Below are positions 1 to 15,031 of a stretch of 64,000 nucleotides of DNA, piece after piece. Both the position numbers and the translations under genes were made by a program. The stretch is from Octopus vulgaris (lineage: Eukaryota). Below the pieces are notes generated by a model. That model was not told the DNA's origin. It saw nothing but the letters and a program-made list of their open reading frames with translations, and did no database searches. Position 1 is the first letter of the stretch. Each line of letters starts with the position of its first letter. The stretch is taken from positions 40,610,001-40,674,000 of the forward strand of contig OX597837.1 of assembly GCA_951406725.2 (NCBI GenBank). Direction: 5' to 3'.

Positions 1-43
1 GGATTTGGTAGACGGAAACTGAAACACGTTGCATATATGTGTG

Positions 44-78
<35 letters not shown>

Positions 79-317
79 GTTTGTGTGTCTGTGTGTGCGT
101 GTTTGTGTGTTATTATCTCCCAACACCGCATGAGAATTGGTGTTGGGTGTGTTTAAGTCACCGTTACATAGCGGTTCGGTAAATGGACCAATAGAATAAG
201 AACTAGGCTTAAAAAAAAAGTTCTGGAGTCGATTCATTCGATTAAAATCTCTTCAAGGTGGTGCCTGCTACAGCATGGCCACAGTCTAATTGAAACAAAT
301 AAAAAATATCTATGTTG

Positions 318-382
<65 letters not shown>

Positions 383-426
383 TATAAATATATGAAATTA
401 TGGAGTTGAACGACCAATTAACAAAA

Positions 427-525
427 TTCCTTTATTTTCGACATATGTTTCGAAGGCTGCATATTCCTAATTGCGAAGGAATAAGGAGTATATTATGCCG
501 CTTTCTCATCAGGAAAAGCAAGGAA
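427..525 (-). ncRNA. Type I hammerhead ribozyme (minimal stem III, Penelope-associated type)
   Basis: The minus strand reads UUCCUUGCUUUUC-CUGAUGA-[GAAAGCGGCAUA...UAUGCAGCCUUC]-GAAA-CAUAUG-UC-GAAAAUAAAGGAA. It has the full conserved core, an 11-of-13-bp stem I, a long stem II, a palindromic stem III (CAUAUG) and a GUC cleavage triplet at 442-440. Confidence 0.85.
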
Positions 526-661
526 CTTATGTCAACATCAAGATGCACAAAAAACTTTTAGATGACTGCTCACACGGAGCCATATATATATATATATATA
601 CATGCATAAAAATACACACACATACATACACAAACACTGTTATACATACATTCATTCATAC

Positions 662-692
<31 letters not shown>

Positions 693-1964
693 TACACGGC
701 GGTCTGCCTGCCACTGCCATTCGCAAGGCTTTACTCGGCCCGTTATAGCGTATCAGCTTCACGAAAATCTTGATCAAGCACCTACGCACCTTCTCCAGGC
801 CAAACTATCTTAGCTGCAAGGCCACGTTATCTTACGGGATTCCCCTCACACAAAACAGTAGAGTTTTGCATGAAGGAGATCTAAATACTCTTTCTACCAA
901 ATCAAGTGACACAAGGTTGTCCATTTGTTGTTAGATATTAGCGACCGGTGTTCCTTAAACGACCAGTTAATATTCATCTCAGCTATAATGTAAACGATAT
1001 CGCTTACTGTTTTAAGATTTATACAAATTTCCTTTGGCACTGAAGCGAAAATTATATTTAATGACGCGAATTTGATAAAAGTTATTTAAATATTTTATAT
1101 GAAATCGTCCATTATTTGTTGATGATAACACGTTAACATATAAATTCAATGCAGAAATTTACTCAGCTAAATTCAAGATGGCGCTTATCTTGTTTTATTA
1201 TTATTATTATTATTGTTGTTGTTGTTGTTGTTATTGTTGTTGTTGTATATACGTGTATGCAAAAGGCGGTGAGCTGGCAGAACCGTTAGCACGCCGGGCG
1301 AAATTTCGTCTGCCGCTACGTTCTGAGTTCAAATTCCGCCGATGTCGACTTTGCCTTTCATCTTTTCGGGGTCGATTAAATAAGTACCAGTTAAGCTCTG
1401 GGGTCGATATAATGGACTTAATCCGTTTGTCTGTCCTTGTTTGTCCTCTCTGTGTTTAGCCCCTTGTGGGTAGTAAAGAAATAGGTGGTGTGAAGACTAA
1501 CACAAACACATATGTATAAATACACACACGCACATACACATGCAAATACCCACGCACATACAGACATAGGGTGACTGGCTTCAACACAATCTCCCTCAAC
1601 CAAATTCACTCGCGAGGCATTGGTCAGCTCGGGGCGATAAAAAAAGACACATTCCCAAGGTGCCACACAATGGGATTGAACTTAAAACCACGCTGATACA
1701 AAGCGAGCTTCTTAAATACACAATGGATAATTTTCATTTTGTTAAAAGCAAAAAAATTCCTCTGACTTAGCAATTATAAATTCTACAATATAACAATATT
1801 CAATTATTGTTTGTTTACTTCAGTACAAAGAAATTAATTAATCACCTAATTAACGTTGTTTAATAATTATTTCATTATCTAATATTGAGGTTACCAGGTT
1901 TTCCGGCATCGACAATGCTGCGATCGCGGAACACGCAACCGAATTTTGACTTAAATCTATCTCC

Positions 1965-2872
1965 ATAGGTCTGGCCAAAAGTCACCCGACAGTAAATCAA
2001 AATTCCATAAATACTATACTTTCTTTTACTTTATTTTACTTGTTTCAGTCATTTGACTGTGGCCATGCAGGAGCACGGCCTTTAAATTCTGTAATTCCGT
2101 AATGACTTGGATGGGAAAATGGGACTTCAGTTTGAACAATTTTCATGATGTTTCATATTTAGATTATTTTATTAAACATGGCGCTGGAGTGGCTGTGTAG
2201 TAAGTATCTTGCTTACCAACCACATGGTTCCGGGTTCACTCCCACTGTGTGGCAACTTGGACAAGTGTCTTCTACTATAGCCTCGGGCCGATTAATACCA
2301 TTTGCATAAATCCTAAGACCTCCTTCGGTCATGAATGACCATGTGATTCACCTAGAAAGTTCCCCTCCCAGGCACAAGTCTAGGCAAGGTCTTTATGGAA
2401 GACCAACAGTCGCCTATGCATACAAGACTCCCCTCTCCACGCCACCGATATTGTCCAAAGGAGAGGCAAAGGCTATGACACTGCTTGGCATCAGTCCCAC
2501 TGCGTGGCATCTTGGGCAAGTGTCTTCTGCTATAGCCTCGGGCCGATTAAAGCCTTGTGAGTGGATTTGGCAGACTGAAACTGAAAGAAGTCTGTCGTAT
2601 ATATGTATATATATATATATATATGTGTGTGTTTGTGCGTCTGTTTGTCCCCCAACATCGCTTGACAACCGGTGCTGGTGTGTTTACGTACCCGTAACTT
2701 AGCGGTTCGGCAAAAGAGACCGATAGAATAAGTACTAGGCTTACAAAGAATAAGTCCTGGGGTCGATTTGCTCGACTAAAGGCGGTGCTCCAGCATGGCC
2801 GCAGTCAAATGACTGAAACAAGTAAAAGAGTAAATTTTGACTTACAGTCAGGTGACTTTTGACCAATCGTGT
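1965..2872. mobile_element. Tc1/mariner-type MITE expanded by nested SINE insertions
   Basis: TIR-like ends ggccaaaagtcacccgacagtaaatcaaaat and attttgacttacagtcaggtgacttttgacc. The internal segment 2132-2177 matches 42115-42158 in reverse complement. Confidence 0.6.
2180..2830 (+). mobile_element. SINE family A copy interrupted by a ~195-bp insert
   Basis: Same consensus as 8285-8697, with a 60-bp segment duplicated around the insert at 2296-2490. Confidence 0.8.
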
Positions 2873-3057
2873 ATATCTATCTCCTTATCTAGCTATTTAT
2901 CAATCGATCTGGGAGCGAAGTGTGAAACTGAGCTACGCTGCGCATACTTTTAGGGGATGTGTCACGTCTCATACGCCGAACCGCTACGTTACGGGGGCGT
3001 AAACGCACCAGCATCGGTTGTCAAGCGATGTTGGGAGGACTAACACACACACACACA

Positions 3058-3094
<37 letters not shown>

Positions 3095-4192
3095 AGAGAG
3101 AGAGGAGGTAACTGACATTTTGGCTGCTATTTCTAGCAGAGCGAAAAAACGAAGTGGCTCGTGTGTGGGCTATGAAAAATATATTGTCATAGTTATAGTC
3201 AAGAGGTAACTGACATATATTAATATCGACCAATGATAGCCAGCAGTTCAAACGTTTTATGTCATCGAAATCTAACTTGTTATTTGATGTTATATCTCCT
3301 TGAAGAAAATTCATTAAAGACTCAGATATTATCTATGGAAAACCAATAGCTAGAGTTATTTTTTATTGAAATATCGCAAAATGGAATTACATTATATTTT
3401 CACTGATTCTGAAGCTAATTTCTCTCTTCGCTTGCTACACAATATTCTTGCCTAAAAGCTAGGACTCCACCGCCAACACACCATCAAATTTTATCGGGAA
3501 AAATGTATAGAATCAGCCATTAGTATTAGAAGTGTTGTAAAACCATCTTATCATATAGTATGTAATTTTTTTTTATATTAACTAAAATAGAATAAAAAAT
3601 ATATAACATTTAGTTTTTAGAAATATTATTCACCGAAAGTAGAGCAACAATATTTTGCAACACAAGTAGGGTTTTCGCACGGAATATCTCAAGCTAATAA
3701 CAGACTTACGGCAATAATAGACATTTTCCATTTGCAAGAAACATATTTTCGAGAATCCTTTTATGTTATGTAGAGAAAATTCTAAATTCTAAATTGACAA
3801 AATGTGATGTTTTCTCTCTTTTTTTTCTCACTTTTTTTTTCGGTTTTTTTTTGGCGTATTCTTTTATAAAGGTGCGCAGGTTCTCTAGTTCTCTTTTATA
3901 TCAATATTTGATAAAAAAAAATAATAATACTTTTTCAAAGACTATTACTTTGAAATTTCTCTCTGACTACCAAACGTCGGTACCTGTTGAAAATTTTCCA
4001 ATATTCAATTATCATACCTACCTACCTACCTGCATACATACACTTACATACATACATATACATATGTGGTTGAGTATATTTATGTATGTATATCTATCTA
4101 TATATATATACACGCATACAGACACACACATATATATGTATGCATGTATAAATATATATATGTATATATATATATATGTGTGTGTATATATT

Positions 4193-4304
<112 letters not shown>

Positions 4305-4358
4305 ACGTCAGTACATGTTGAATAATTTCCAATATGCAATTATCATACATACATACAC

Positions 4359-4409
<51 letters not shown>

Positions 4410-4458
4410 CGTTTCCTAAATACAACAATATATATATATATGTATATGTATGTGTGTT

Positions 4459-4524
<66 letters not shown>

Positions 4525-4654
4525 TGTGTGTTTCTGCGATTACTGCAAAGAATTTATCATGTCTTAACGTTAATATAGAATGGGAAACTATCAGATTTTC
4601 TAAACAGCAGCAGCATACAGGAATTTTTTGTATATAAAATGATCTGTGATAAAT

Positions 4655-5183
<529 letters not shown>

Positions 5184-5655
5184 TCTATCGACAGAAAGAA
5201 ACAAAACAAATATCTTTTAACTGTTTAATCTGGCTTTAAATTGTTTGAAATGGCCAATAAACTGAATGGAATATAAAACGCATTCTTGTCAAAGCGAATA
5301 AACGGAAAAAATAGCTGGAAGTGGGGAAAAAGCGATAATTTGCATTTCTTTAGCAGATGAGAATCGAAAACGACGAAACGGAGAGGAAATAGGAAATTTC
5401 TTTATTTTAACAAGTATTTGTAATAAATGGTCGACGCATTCCGAATATGAAGTATATATTATTGTAGAAAATAAGTATTTTCTTTCAATTAGAGATAAAA
5501 TAAAGTCTGACGCTAACGTCTACTGTTATTAAGAAAATATTGGTGTAACAGTAAAGCGATTGGGGAAATACTATAAAGGTGAGGTACTCGACATACTAAA
5601 TATTCGTAAGGTAGAGCCGTATAGATATGTGCCCGTGTATATACGTGTATGCGAA

Positions 5656-6070
5656 AGGCGGTGAGCTGGCAGAACCGTTAGCATGCCGGGCGAAATGCAT
5701 AGCTGTATTTCGTCTGCCGTTACGTTTTGAGTTCAAATTCCGCCGAGGTCGACTTTGCCTTTCGTCCTTTCGGGGGTCGATAAATTAAGTACCAGTTACG
5801 TACTGGGGTCGATGTAATCGACTTAATCCGTTTGTCTGTCCTTGTTTGTCCCCTCTGTATTTAGCCTCTTGTTGGTAGTAAAGAAATAGGTATTTCGTCT
5901 GCCGCTACGTTCTGAGTTCAAATTCCGCCGAGATCGACTTTGCTTTTCATCCTTTCGGGGTCGGTGAATTAAGTACCAGTTACGCACTGGGGTCGATGTA
6001 ATCGACTTAATCCGTTTGTCTGTCCTTGTTTGCCTCCTCTATGTTTAGCCCCTTGTGGGTAATAAAGAAA
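5656..6070 (+). mobile_element. SINE family B, tandem (full copy plus headless copy)
   Basis: aggcggtgagctggcagaaccgttagc...gagttcaaattccgccgaggtcgactttgcctttcatcctttcggggtcgat...aagtaccag...gtgggtagtaaagaaata, with the body repeated. A single copy lies at 1263-1481. Confidence 0.85.
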
Positions 6071-6691
6071 CATATATACGTGCATGTGTTTGTTTGTGTG
6101 TGTGTATGTATGTATGTATGTATGTATGTATGTATGTATGTATGTATGTATGTATATGTGGTATTACTACTCCGTCTGTTATAGGGATGAGTATTCCAGT
6201 CGATTCGATCAACGGAACAGCCTGCTCACGAAATTAACGAGCAAGTGGCTGAGTGTACCACAGACACGTGTACCCTTAGCGTAGTTCTCTGGGGGATTCA
6301 GCGCCACGCGGAATGTGATAAAGCTGGCCCTTTGAAAAAATCAATTTTATCAGCTTAGAAAATAAAATGTCTTGCTCAAGGACACAACGCTTCACCGGGA
6401 ATTGAACTCAATACATTACAATCGTGATAAGAATAATCTAACCACTCATCCACGCGCACACACACACACACACATACATACACACATATACACACACACA
6501 TATATATTAAAGGAAAAGGTAAAAACCATGTTTAAATATTGTTTAATAAATTTGTTCGAAATTTTTACCGGCATCCTCTCTGTCGCCGGGTATAATCTGC
6601 GTCTGCGTTGTGGTTTGAAAAGTTAGGATTTACAAACTGTTAGGTCTACATGTGGATCTCGCGGTCTGTATGTCATGATCATTTAGGCTGT

Positions 6692-6759
6692 CCCACTGAA
6701 GAAACTTGCCTTCAGCAAATACTTTTTTGCTGGAAATAGTCAGAAACCGTCGGTCTGTG
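6692..6759 (+). ncRNA. Type I hammerhead ribozyme-like motif, partly decayed
   Basis: CCCA-CUGAAGA (6696-6702), then stem II containing UUCAGCAAA/UUUGCUGGA, then GAAA (6743-6746)-CCGUCG-GUC (6753-6755)-UGUG. The core is intact; stem I and the base of stem II are imperfect. Confidence 0.6.
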
Positions 6760-6859
6760 AAATGGTTGAGATGGTAAACGTTTTTAATTTTCATTCCTTT
6801 CGTGAATTTATCCCTTTTTGTGTTCTAGCACAACGCTTTCCTATTTGGAAGCATCTTAT

Positions 6860-6913
<54 letters not shown>

Positions 6914-7028
6914 TGATTGATTGATTGATTCTAGTTTCAGCTTATGAGCTGTGGCCATGCTGGGGCACCGCCATTTGGTGTTGCTACTTGGTTTCACTTC
7001 ATGGAGGCTTTCTAGCAACTGCTATTTG

Positions 7029-7227
<199 letters not shown>

Positions 7228-7554
7228 ATGTATTTATGTTATTATATATATATATATAAATACGCTCATACATATCCACATATATATATATACGTATATA
7301 TATATATATATATATATGTAGATTTAGATACATATACATATATATAATCACACTTATATACACACACATATGTATATATATTTGAATAAGTATTATTCTA
7401 GCTCTGGGTAGATTCCCAGTTAACCACACAGTATCAATATATAAAGTACTGCATACACAACAAACCCATCAAAAACCAAGAAATAAACAACCCATTAATA
7501 AGCTCTACCCCGTGTGAATGAAGGTCAACTTAGATCATATATATACATATATAA

Positions 7555-7720
7555 CGAGAAGGTTTACGAAAATAAACAAAAGACGAAGGCAGGTGGAGTA
7601 CAAACAAACAAAGAATTAGTATGGCGCTCAGGAATAGAAATAAAACAACTCTTTTACGTTTCAAGCCTACGCTCTTCGACAGAACGATACACAGAAAAGA
7701 AACAAGGAGAGAGAAAAACT
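7555..7720 (-). mobile_element. Copy of the variant-hammerhead repeat family
   Basis: Aligns by eye with 45197-45350 (gtttacgaaaa...aagacgaag.caggtgg.gtacaaa...cttttacgtttc.agcctacgctcttc.acagaa). Core reads CUGUCGA-A-GAGC-GUAG-GCUU-GAAAC-GUA. Confidence 0.65.
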
Positions 7721-8284
7721 GCGTGTAGGGGCTAACGATCCAACATGACTTTCTGATTTCAGGAGAAGTCAGAGATCGGAGGTCAAACGTTAGAGGTCAG
7801 ACATTAGACGCTAGAGGGATAGTAGGGGAGATAACAGGGTCAAGTGACCTCGCCCCAACATGAAGGTGCATGTGTGCATAAGGGAGTATGTATGTGCATG
7901 TGAAAGAGGGCTGGTGGTCTGGACGTGTGTATGTATGTATAATGTGATGTGTAATGTCGTATCGTGTAGTGTAGTGTGGTGTAATGTTGTGGGGAGGTGG
8001 GGGGCGAGAGTGGTGAAAGCCCATGTGGGGTGTGGGTTCGGCTAGGGGTTAGGGTAGAGTGGGGGTTGTGACTTCATACTTCTCGTGAGATTTAAACGTG
8101 AACTGGTGGAGGAGTAAATGTAAGGATAACACAGTTAGGCAAGTCGATATTTAATATTTTTTGTATATCGACTCGAATATCCTTGCATTTATTCCTTTAT
8201 CTGGTCAAGTTGAATCTCTTGACCACTACCAAATGTATTCTATGCGGGGGAATATCTCTTTCGTCTATAAACTATATACAGATA

Positions 8285-8468
8285 GGCGCAGGAGTGGCTG
8301 TGTGGTAAGTAGCTTGCTAACCAGCCACATGGTTCCGGGTTCAGTCCCACTGCGTGGCATCTTGGGCAAGTGTCTTCTGCTATAGCCCCGGGCCGACCAA
8401 TGCCTTGTGAGAGGATTTGGTAGACGGAAACTGAAAGAAGCCCATCGTATATATGTATATATATATGT

Positions 8469-8515
<47 letters not shown>

Positions 8516-8697
8516 TCCCCCTAGTATTGCTTGACAACCGATGCTGGTGTGTTTACGTCCCCGTCACTTAGCGGTTCGGTAAAAGAGATCGATAGAATAA
8601 GTACTGGGCTTACAAAGAATAAGTCCTGGGGTCGATTTGCTCGACTAAAGGCGGTGCTCCAGCATGGCCGCAGCCAAATGACTGAAACAAGTGAAAA
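8285..8697 (+). mobile_element. tRNA-derived SINE family A, full length, with internal (TA)n(TG)n
   Basis: ggcgcaggagtggctgtgtggtaag...gggttcagtcccactgcgtggcatcttgggcaagtgtc...(ta)(tg)...gcttgacaaccgatgctgg...cagcatggccgcag.caaatgactgaaacaag. Many copies occur in the window. Confidence 0.85.
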
Positions 8698-9440
8698 AAA
8701 TATTTATATATGTTTATGTATTTGTGTATGAGTGTATATATAACAAGTTATCTGTGCGTGTGTAGAATCTAATGCTTACCTTATCATACAGTCGCTGAAA
8801 TATCTCGATGCTTTACTGGTTAGAAGAAAATTGGTTTATAAATCGGATTTTAATGTCATCCGAAGTATTGAAGATATGATGATGAAAGCAAACTCAAACC
8901 GCATATTTGATAGAAATCGAGAGATTGTGACGTCATAATAGAAATACAGCAGAACCTCTCGAAGAAATTATCCAAAAAGAACTGTGAATTATTATATCAT
9001 TTCCTCCCTTTAATATTCTTAGTTGAAAAATCAGAATTGAAATGACGTCATAATAGATAGAATATTTTACGAATTCTACAAAATGTCTTCTTTTAAGAAA
9101 TTATTGGAATTCATGAAAATCCTTTGTTACTTTTTTACATTTGGTCTGCCAGATTCTTGATGTGGATTCGTGGCTTGAAACAAATTTTGCTGTTTATTGA
9201 GAGATACATTACACCAATATTAATAACACACTCACCGGTTCACTATCAAGAGGCTAATAATAAAGAAGCGGTATTGTGTCAGTGCGGGTGTTATTATTGG
9301 CGAAATGACCCTCCCAAGACACAACAAAACTTTGTTAATTTACGAAACAAAAACCTAAAAATTTAGCTTTGATTGAAGTACAAAGCCAACAGTTTTGAGG
9401 GGAAGGGGCTTAGTGATGGGTAATTTATTATATCGACACC

Positions 9441-9519
9441 CAAGAGATGAAGGAAAAAGCCGACCCCAAGAGATGAAGGAAAAAGCCGACCTCAAGAGAT
9501 GAAGGAAAAAGTTGACCTC
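9441..9519. repeat. 26-bp tandem triplication inside a SINE B remnant
   Basis: caagagatgaaggaaaaagccgacc at 9441, 9467 and 9493. Confidence 0.85.
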
Positions 9520-12288
9520 GTTGGGATTTTGAACTCAGAAAGTAAACAACTCTTACTGGATACGATCAACCTCAGTACATTACTGGTACCTTTTTATTGA
9601 CCCTAGGAGTCGAAATTCAAATTTGAGTTTGTTGGGCTTTTCCTGCATCCCTATTCCTTTTGTGCATCAGGTACTCGGTTGATATTTCCAGTTTTGGGAT
9701 TGGAAACATATACCCTTCGGAGTGGAATGTTGCAATCCGGCTATTGGTTCATGATAAACGGCTTTCATGTTCAATAGTACTACCATCTCGGGCCTTTGTA
9801 TGTATGTATGTATGTATGTAAGTTTATCCGAATTTAGAAATATGTTATGTATGTGTGTATGTATGTGTGTATGTATGTGTGTATGTTTGTATGTATGTAT
9901 GTATGTATGTATGTATGTATGTATGTATGTATGTATGTATGTATGTATGTATGTATGTATGTATGTATGTATGTATGTATGTATATATATATGTATGTAT
10001 GTATGTATGTTTATCCGAATTTAGAAATATGTTATGTATGTGTGTATGTATGTATGTATGTATGTATGTATGTATGTATGTATGTATGTATGTATGTATG
10101 TATGTATGTATGTGGGTGGGTGGATGTGTATTTGTGTTTGTGTTAATCCACACAGCTATACAACTGCTCTTGGTTTATACACCCTCGCACCTAGCTGTTC
10201 GGCAAAAGAAAACGATACAACAAGTATAAGTTTAAAAGAAAAACGAGATGAAAACCTAATAACTGGGGCCGATTTTTTCCGCCTAAAATCGTTCAATGTG
10301 GTGCCCTAGCATGGCTGCAGTTCAATGGTTGAAACGAGTTAAATAATAAAAGATTAAAGATTGACGTGTCTGTAAACGGTTAACAACGGTTCCTAGTTAA
10401 ACCATGTGTTCCATCGCAACAAAGAAAATTCGACTAAGGTGATGTCAAACCCAACAATTCCCTCCTTTGTATAAGAATCACTTTCCATGCGTTTAACGAT
10501 TTTTTCTAAGATTCTAACCATTCTTCTTAAAGTTCAATTAGCATCAGAAGCAATTCTTCCATAGTTTATTTCGCAGTAGTCGCAGAATCTTAAATACTTG
10601 GTTTTATTTTTCTAATCTCGAATGAATCCCTTCTATGCTTTTTATCCAATAAACATTTCATTATCATTGAACGTCCAGCAGTTTCTTTAATCACAGACTA
10701 ACTTCCACGGGCTATCAAACGAAATAGGATATCTGAAAACATAATAACGAGATGCCAAAATCCAAATAATCGATTTCAGACTCTTTTTCGTTTCTATTTT
10801 CTTTTAATTATTTTACCTTCCGAAATTGGAATAGTTTTTCAGTTTCGTTGCAAAACGCTGCGGCGTCCATCTATTTTTCACCCAATTTCATTGCCAGAAC
10901 ATTTTCAAAGTCGTATATCTTACATTTGTGGTCGAGTTACCATTAACCCGCCACCAAGCAGACTACTAATGCATTCTGGTATCAGAATACTATAATTATT
11001 GAAAACGAAAAACAAAAAGTACCATTTTGTTTTGCTTTTTTTTTTAAACTGTTTTTCGTTTTTCGTTTTCTGTCTTCTCTTTCTTGTAACGTTCTACGCT
11101 GGTGATGTATCGGCTGAAAATAGATTTCGCTAATAAAAATTTGTTTTGGTAACTGAATTACAATTAGAAAAAGAAAATTTATATCACTCGTTCTCACAGC
11201 ATGAAAGAAATTATTCCTCTTTTCGCTTTTTTCTTCCTTGATGATGACAGAGCTGAATTTCCAATTAATTCAACGATAATTGGTTGGCATTTGTCAACCC
11301 TGTCTTAATTTCGGCCAGCATGTGGTATCTTTCATCAATAAATGCATTTGGTTGATTTTTTTTGTTTGTTTTATTTCTCGGAGTTGTAACTATTTATCTC
11401 TTGTCGTTTACTTGTTTCAGTCATTGGACTGCGGCCATGCTGGGGCTCCGCCTTCAAGAGCCTTCAGTCATCGCATGCTTCACCTCCAGCACATATTTAT
11501 AAGTGTCACACTTATTATATCGGTCTCTTTTTTCCAAACGGCTAGTTAATGGACGCGTAAACAAAATAACACCGGTTCAGAAAGGCGCAAAACCTATTAC
11601 TAAGTCATACATAAAAGTCTACTATTTTTTTGTCATACATTTTCCGCCTACAAAATCCATTCGCAATACATTGCTCGGCCCGAGGCTAGAAGTAGAAGAC
11701 GCTTGCCCAAGATAGCGCACAGTGGGACTGATCCCCAAACCACGTAGACGCAAAGCGAGTTTCTTAACCACATAGCCATGCCTACGACTATAGTTGAATA
11801 TTAGAAGAGAAATCTAATTTTGAGGAATGTTTACCTGAAATTCACAACCATTGGAAGATGTCAGAAGGAACCAAGCATGTACCATTTTATATTTAGCAGA
11901 GTAGCTCGAACTGGTACATTTTGGGGCGACACCTACTGGAGAAATATTTCCATCTTGGATGGTGGTGTTTCTAACAAGATGATATTTCCCGTGTCTGGAA
12001 ACATATCCGTAAGAAATTTCGCCATAGAGGATAAGTCACCGTGAGAAAAATTCGGTGTATGAATAATGACAGAGCGTATTTTATCAGAAATCTTTTAGAA
12101 TAATAAAACAAATGATGTTAAAAGGTTTTAGAAAAGCATTGAATAGGTAAGTCTTTAGTCAATGTCAATCATGAATAAAGTGTGAGGAGGTCAATTAAAA
12201 TTAATTTTCTTACGGTGAATTTCCTGCAGCAAAAATGTTTGTATCGAAATTTCCTAAAACCGTTTTCAAACATATCAAACGTTTGATA

Positions 12289-12684
12289 TCTTTATATATA
12301 AAAGTGAAGTTGTGTGTATGTCTCCTACGATTTAGATTCCTAACTACTCCCACATTTTGCGGTGCAGTTTAACCAAAACCGGGTATCTTATAGTCGTGAT
12401 TCATATCGAGCCCTTCTGGGTATTAGCGCGCGTCTACGATGAATCTACGATTTTTTAAAAATTACCATCATTTTTTTCCATTTTAATGCATTTTTTCGCT
12501 ATTATATAAGGGAAGTAACTCTCTAAAAATGTCTACGATGAGTCAACGATTTAAAAAAAAATTTACCATAATTTTTTTTCCATTTTTAATGCATTTTTTT
12601 GCTATTTTTTGGCTATAACTCTCTAAAAATGCTTATATAGTTATTTCCCTTACAAACCCGAGTAACGCCGGGCGATACTGCTAG
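12289..12684 (+). mobile_element. Non-autonomous Helitron
   Basis: Inserted between A and T. Starts TC (tctttatatataaaa) and ends CTAG, preceded by a GC-rich hairpin (cccgagtaacgccggg). No TSD. A second copy lies at ~44120-44628. Confidence 0.85.
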
Positions 12685-13082
12685 TACTTTATATTATGGT
12701 TCATATGTATACCTTATGGTTGTACAACGAAATTATCGCGTACGTACAGTATCCTTTCAAAAATTTGATTCCATATTTTACAAACCGATCCAAATTCCTA
12801 TAATTTTTGCCAATGCTTGCTACAAATGCCATATTCTTTCGATTCCCTATTAGGATGGAACTACTCTGTTTTCTCTTGAAAGAAAGCAAAAACAAGAAGA
12901 AACATAACAAAGAAAAACATCCTAAAAATATAGGTTCCTTTCATCGATGACAACATTTTATCTCCAGCGTTTTAATTCTTTTATATAACAAATATTTTTA
13001 GCTTTTACTATTTAATATTAATATTATTATGAATTAGCAGTTAATAATTCTATTATTATTCTTGTTATTATTATCATCATCA

Positions 13083-13214
<132 letters not shown>

Positions 13215-13733
13215 GTTGTTGTTGTTGTTGTTAGTTATTGCTCTTGTTGCAGTTGTGGTTGTTGTTGACGTTGTCGTCGTTGTTGTTAGTGGTGAAGGTG
13301 GTGGTGGTGGTGGTTACTTTAACGAAAAATAAAAATTAAAATATCCATATTATTCGGAAAAAGAATCATCACCACCATCATCGTTATCAGCATCATCAGC
13401 ATCACCATCATCACCCTAATTATCATAAGTATAATCATCATCATCATTATCATCACCATAATCACCATCAGTATCATCAAGTTCATCGTCATCATCAAAA
13501 TCATCACCTCCACCACCATCATCCCCACCATTATCCTCATCACCATCACCGTCTTCATCATCATCATTCTTCTTATTATTATTTTTATTATTATATTATT
13601 ATTATTGTTGTTGTTATTGTTTATTATTATTATTATTATCATTATTATCATCAGTATTATTACTATTATTATTATTATCATCATCATCATCATCATCATC
13701 ATCTTCATTACTATCATCATCATCATTATCATC

Positions 13734-13801
<68 letters not shown>

Positions 13802-13839
13802 CACCATCATCATTGCTATCATAATCATCATCATCATCA

Positions 13840-13870
<31 letters not shown>

Positions 13871-13886
13871 GATCATCATCATCGTC

Positions 13887-13918
<32 letters not shown>

Positions 13919-13994
13919 CATCATTATTATTATTATTGTTATTATTATTATTATCATTATTATCATCATCATCGTCATCGTCGACATCACCATC

Positions 13995-14026
<32 letters not shown>

Positions 14027-14893
14027 CATTATTATTATTATCATTTATGCATTTCATTTCATTTATTTTTTTCTATCTTTATTCAAATAACCGTTCCTGT
14101 GTTTCTCTCTCCTCCATGTTGCCTAAATAACAATTGCTTTGTGCGCGAGCGCATGTTTGTGTTTTGTGCGTTTCAATTTTCGTTAAGGTTTTTTTTCTTT
14201 GTGAAACAAACTTCAATCTGCATTTCCAGTGTTGTGTCGCACGTAGAAATGACCATCGCAACACTCTCCCCCCACACCACCCTCCCCACTCTCTCTCTCT
14301 CTTTCTCTTCCTCAACCTCTCTATCCTTTCTTCTCTATCTCCCCCTTTCTATCTTCCTCCAATCTCACATCTTTTTCGAATAGTTAACACGCAATAATTG
14401 CTTCCTTGTTCATGCTTAATATGGCGACTTTGCGCGATATTATCATATTTTGCACTGGCTGCACTTCAAAGAAACCGACTCGTAATGCTTTAACTGTGAC
14501 TAAAAATAGTAATTTTTAACTAATATCATTTTTTTAACAACAGCTAAAGTACCAGCAACTATCTGAGTTATATAACTCTTATAATTATATGATTTCATTC
14601 TGGCAAACGCCGCCATTATTGTAGCTCGTTGGTTCGATAAAGAAATTAAATTAATGGCGGATTGGAGTAAACGCTTCATTTTAATTCCAATGTTCTTCAC
14701 ACGGATTTGGAATTTCATCGTTTTCGGCGTCGAGACGACAAGTACCAGTTAGACACTGGGGTCGATCTAATCGAGAACTCTCCTTTCCTAAAATTTCAGG
14801 TCTTGTGTATAATGTAGAAAGAACTACTACTACCACTACTACTACTACTATATATATACTACTATATATATATATATATATACACACACATAC

Positions 14894-14926
<33 letters not shown>

Positions 14927-14971
14927 CAGTAGTAGCAGTAGTAGCAGTAGTAGTAGTAGCAGTAGTAGGTA

Positions 14972-15031
<60 letters not shown>

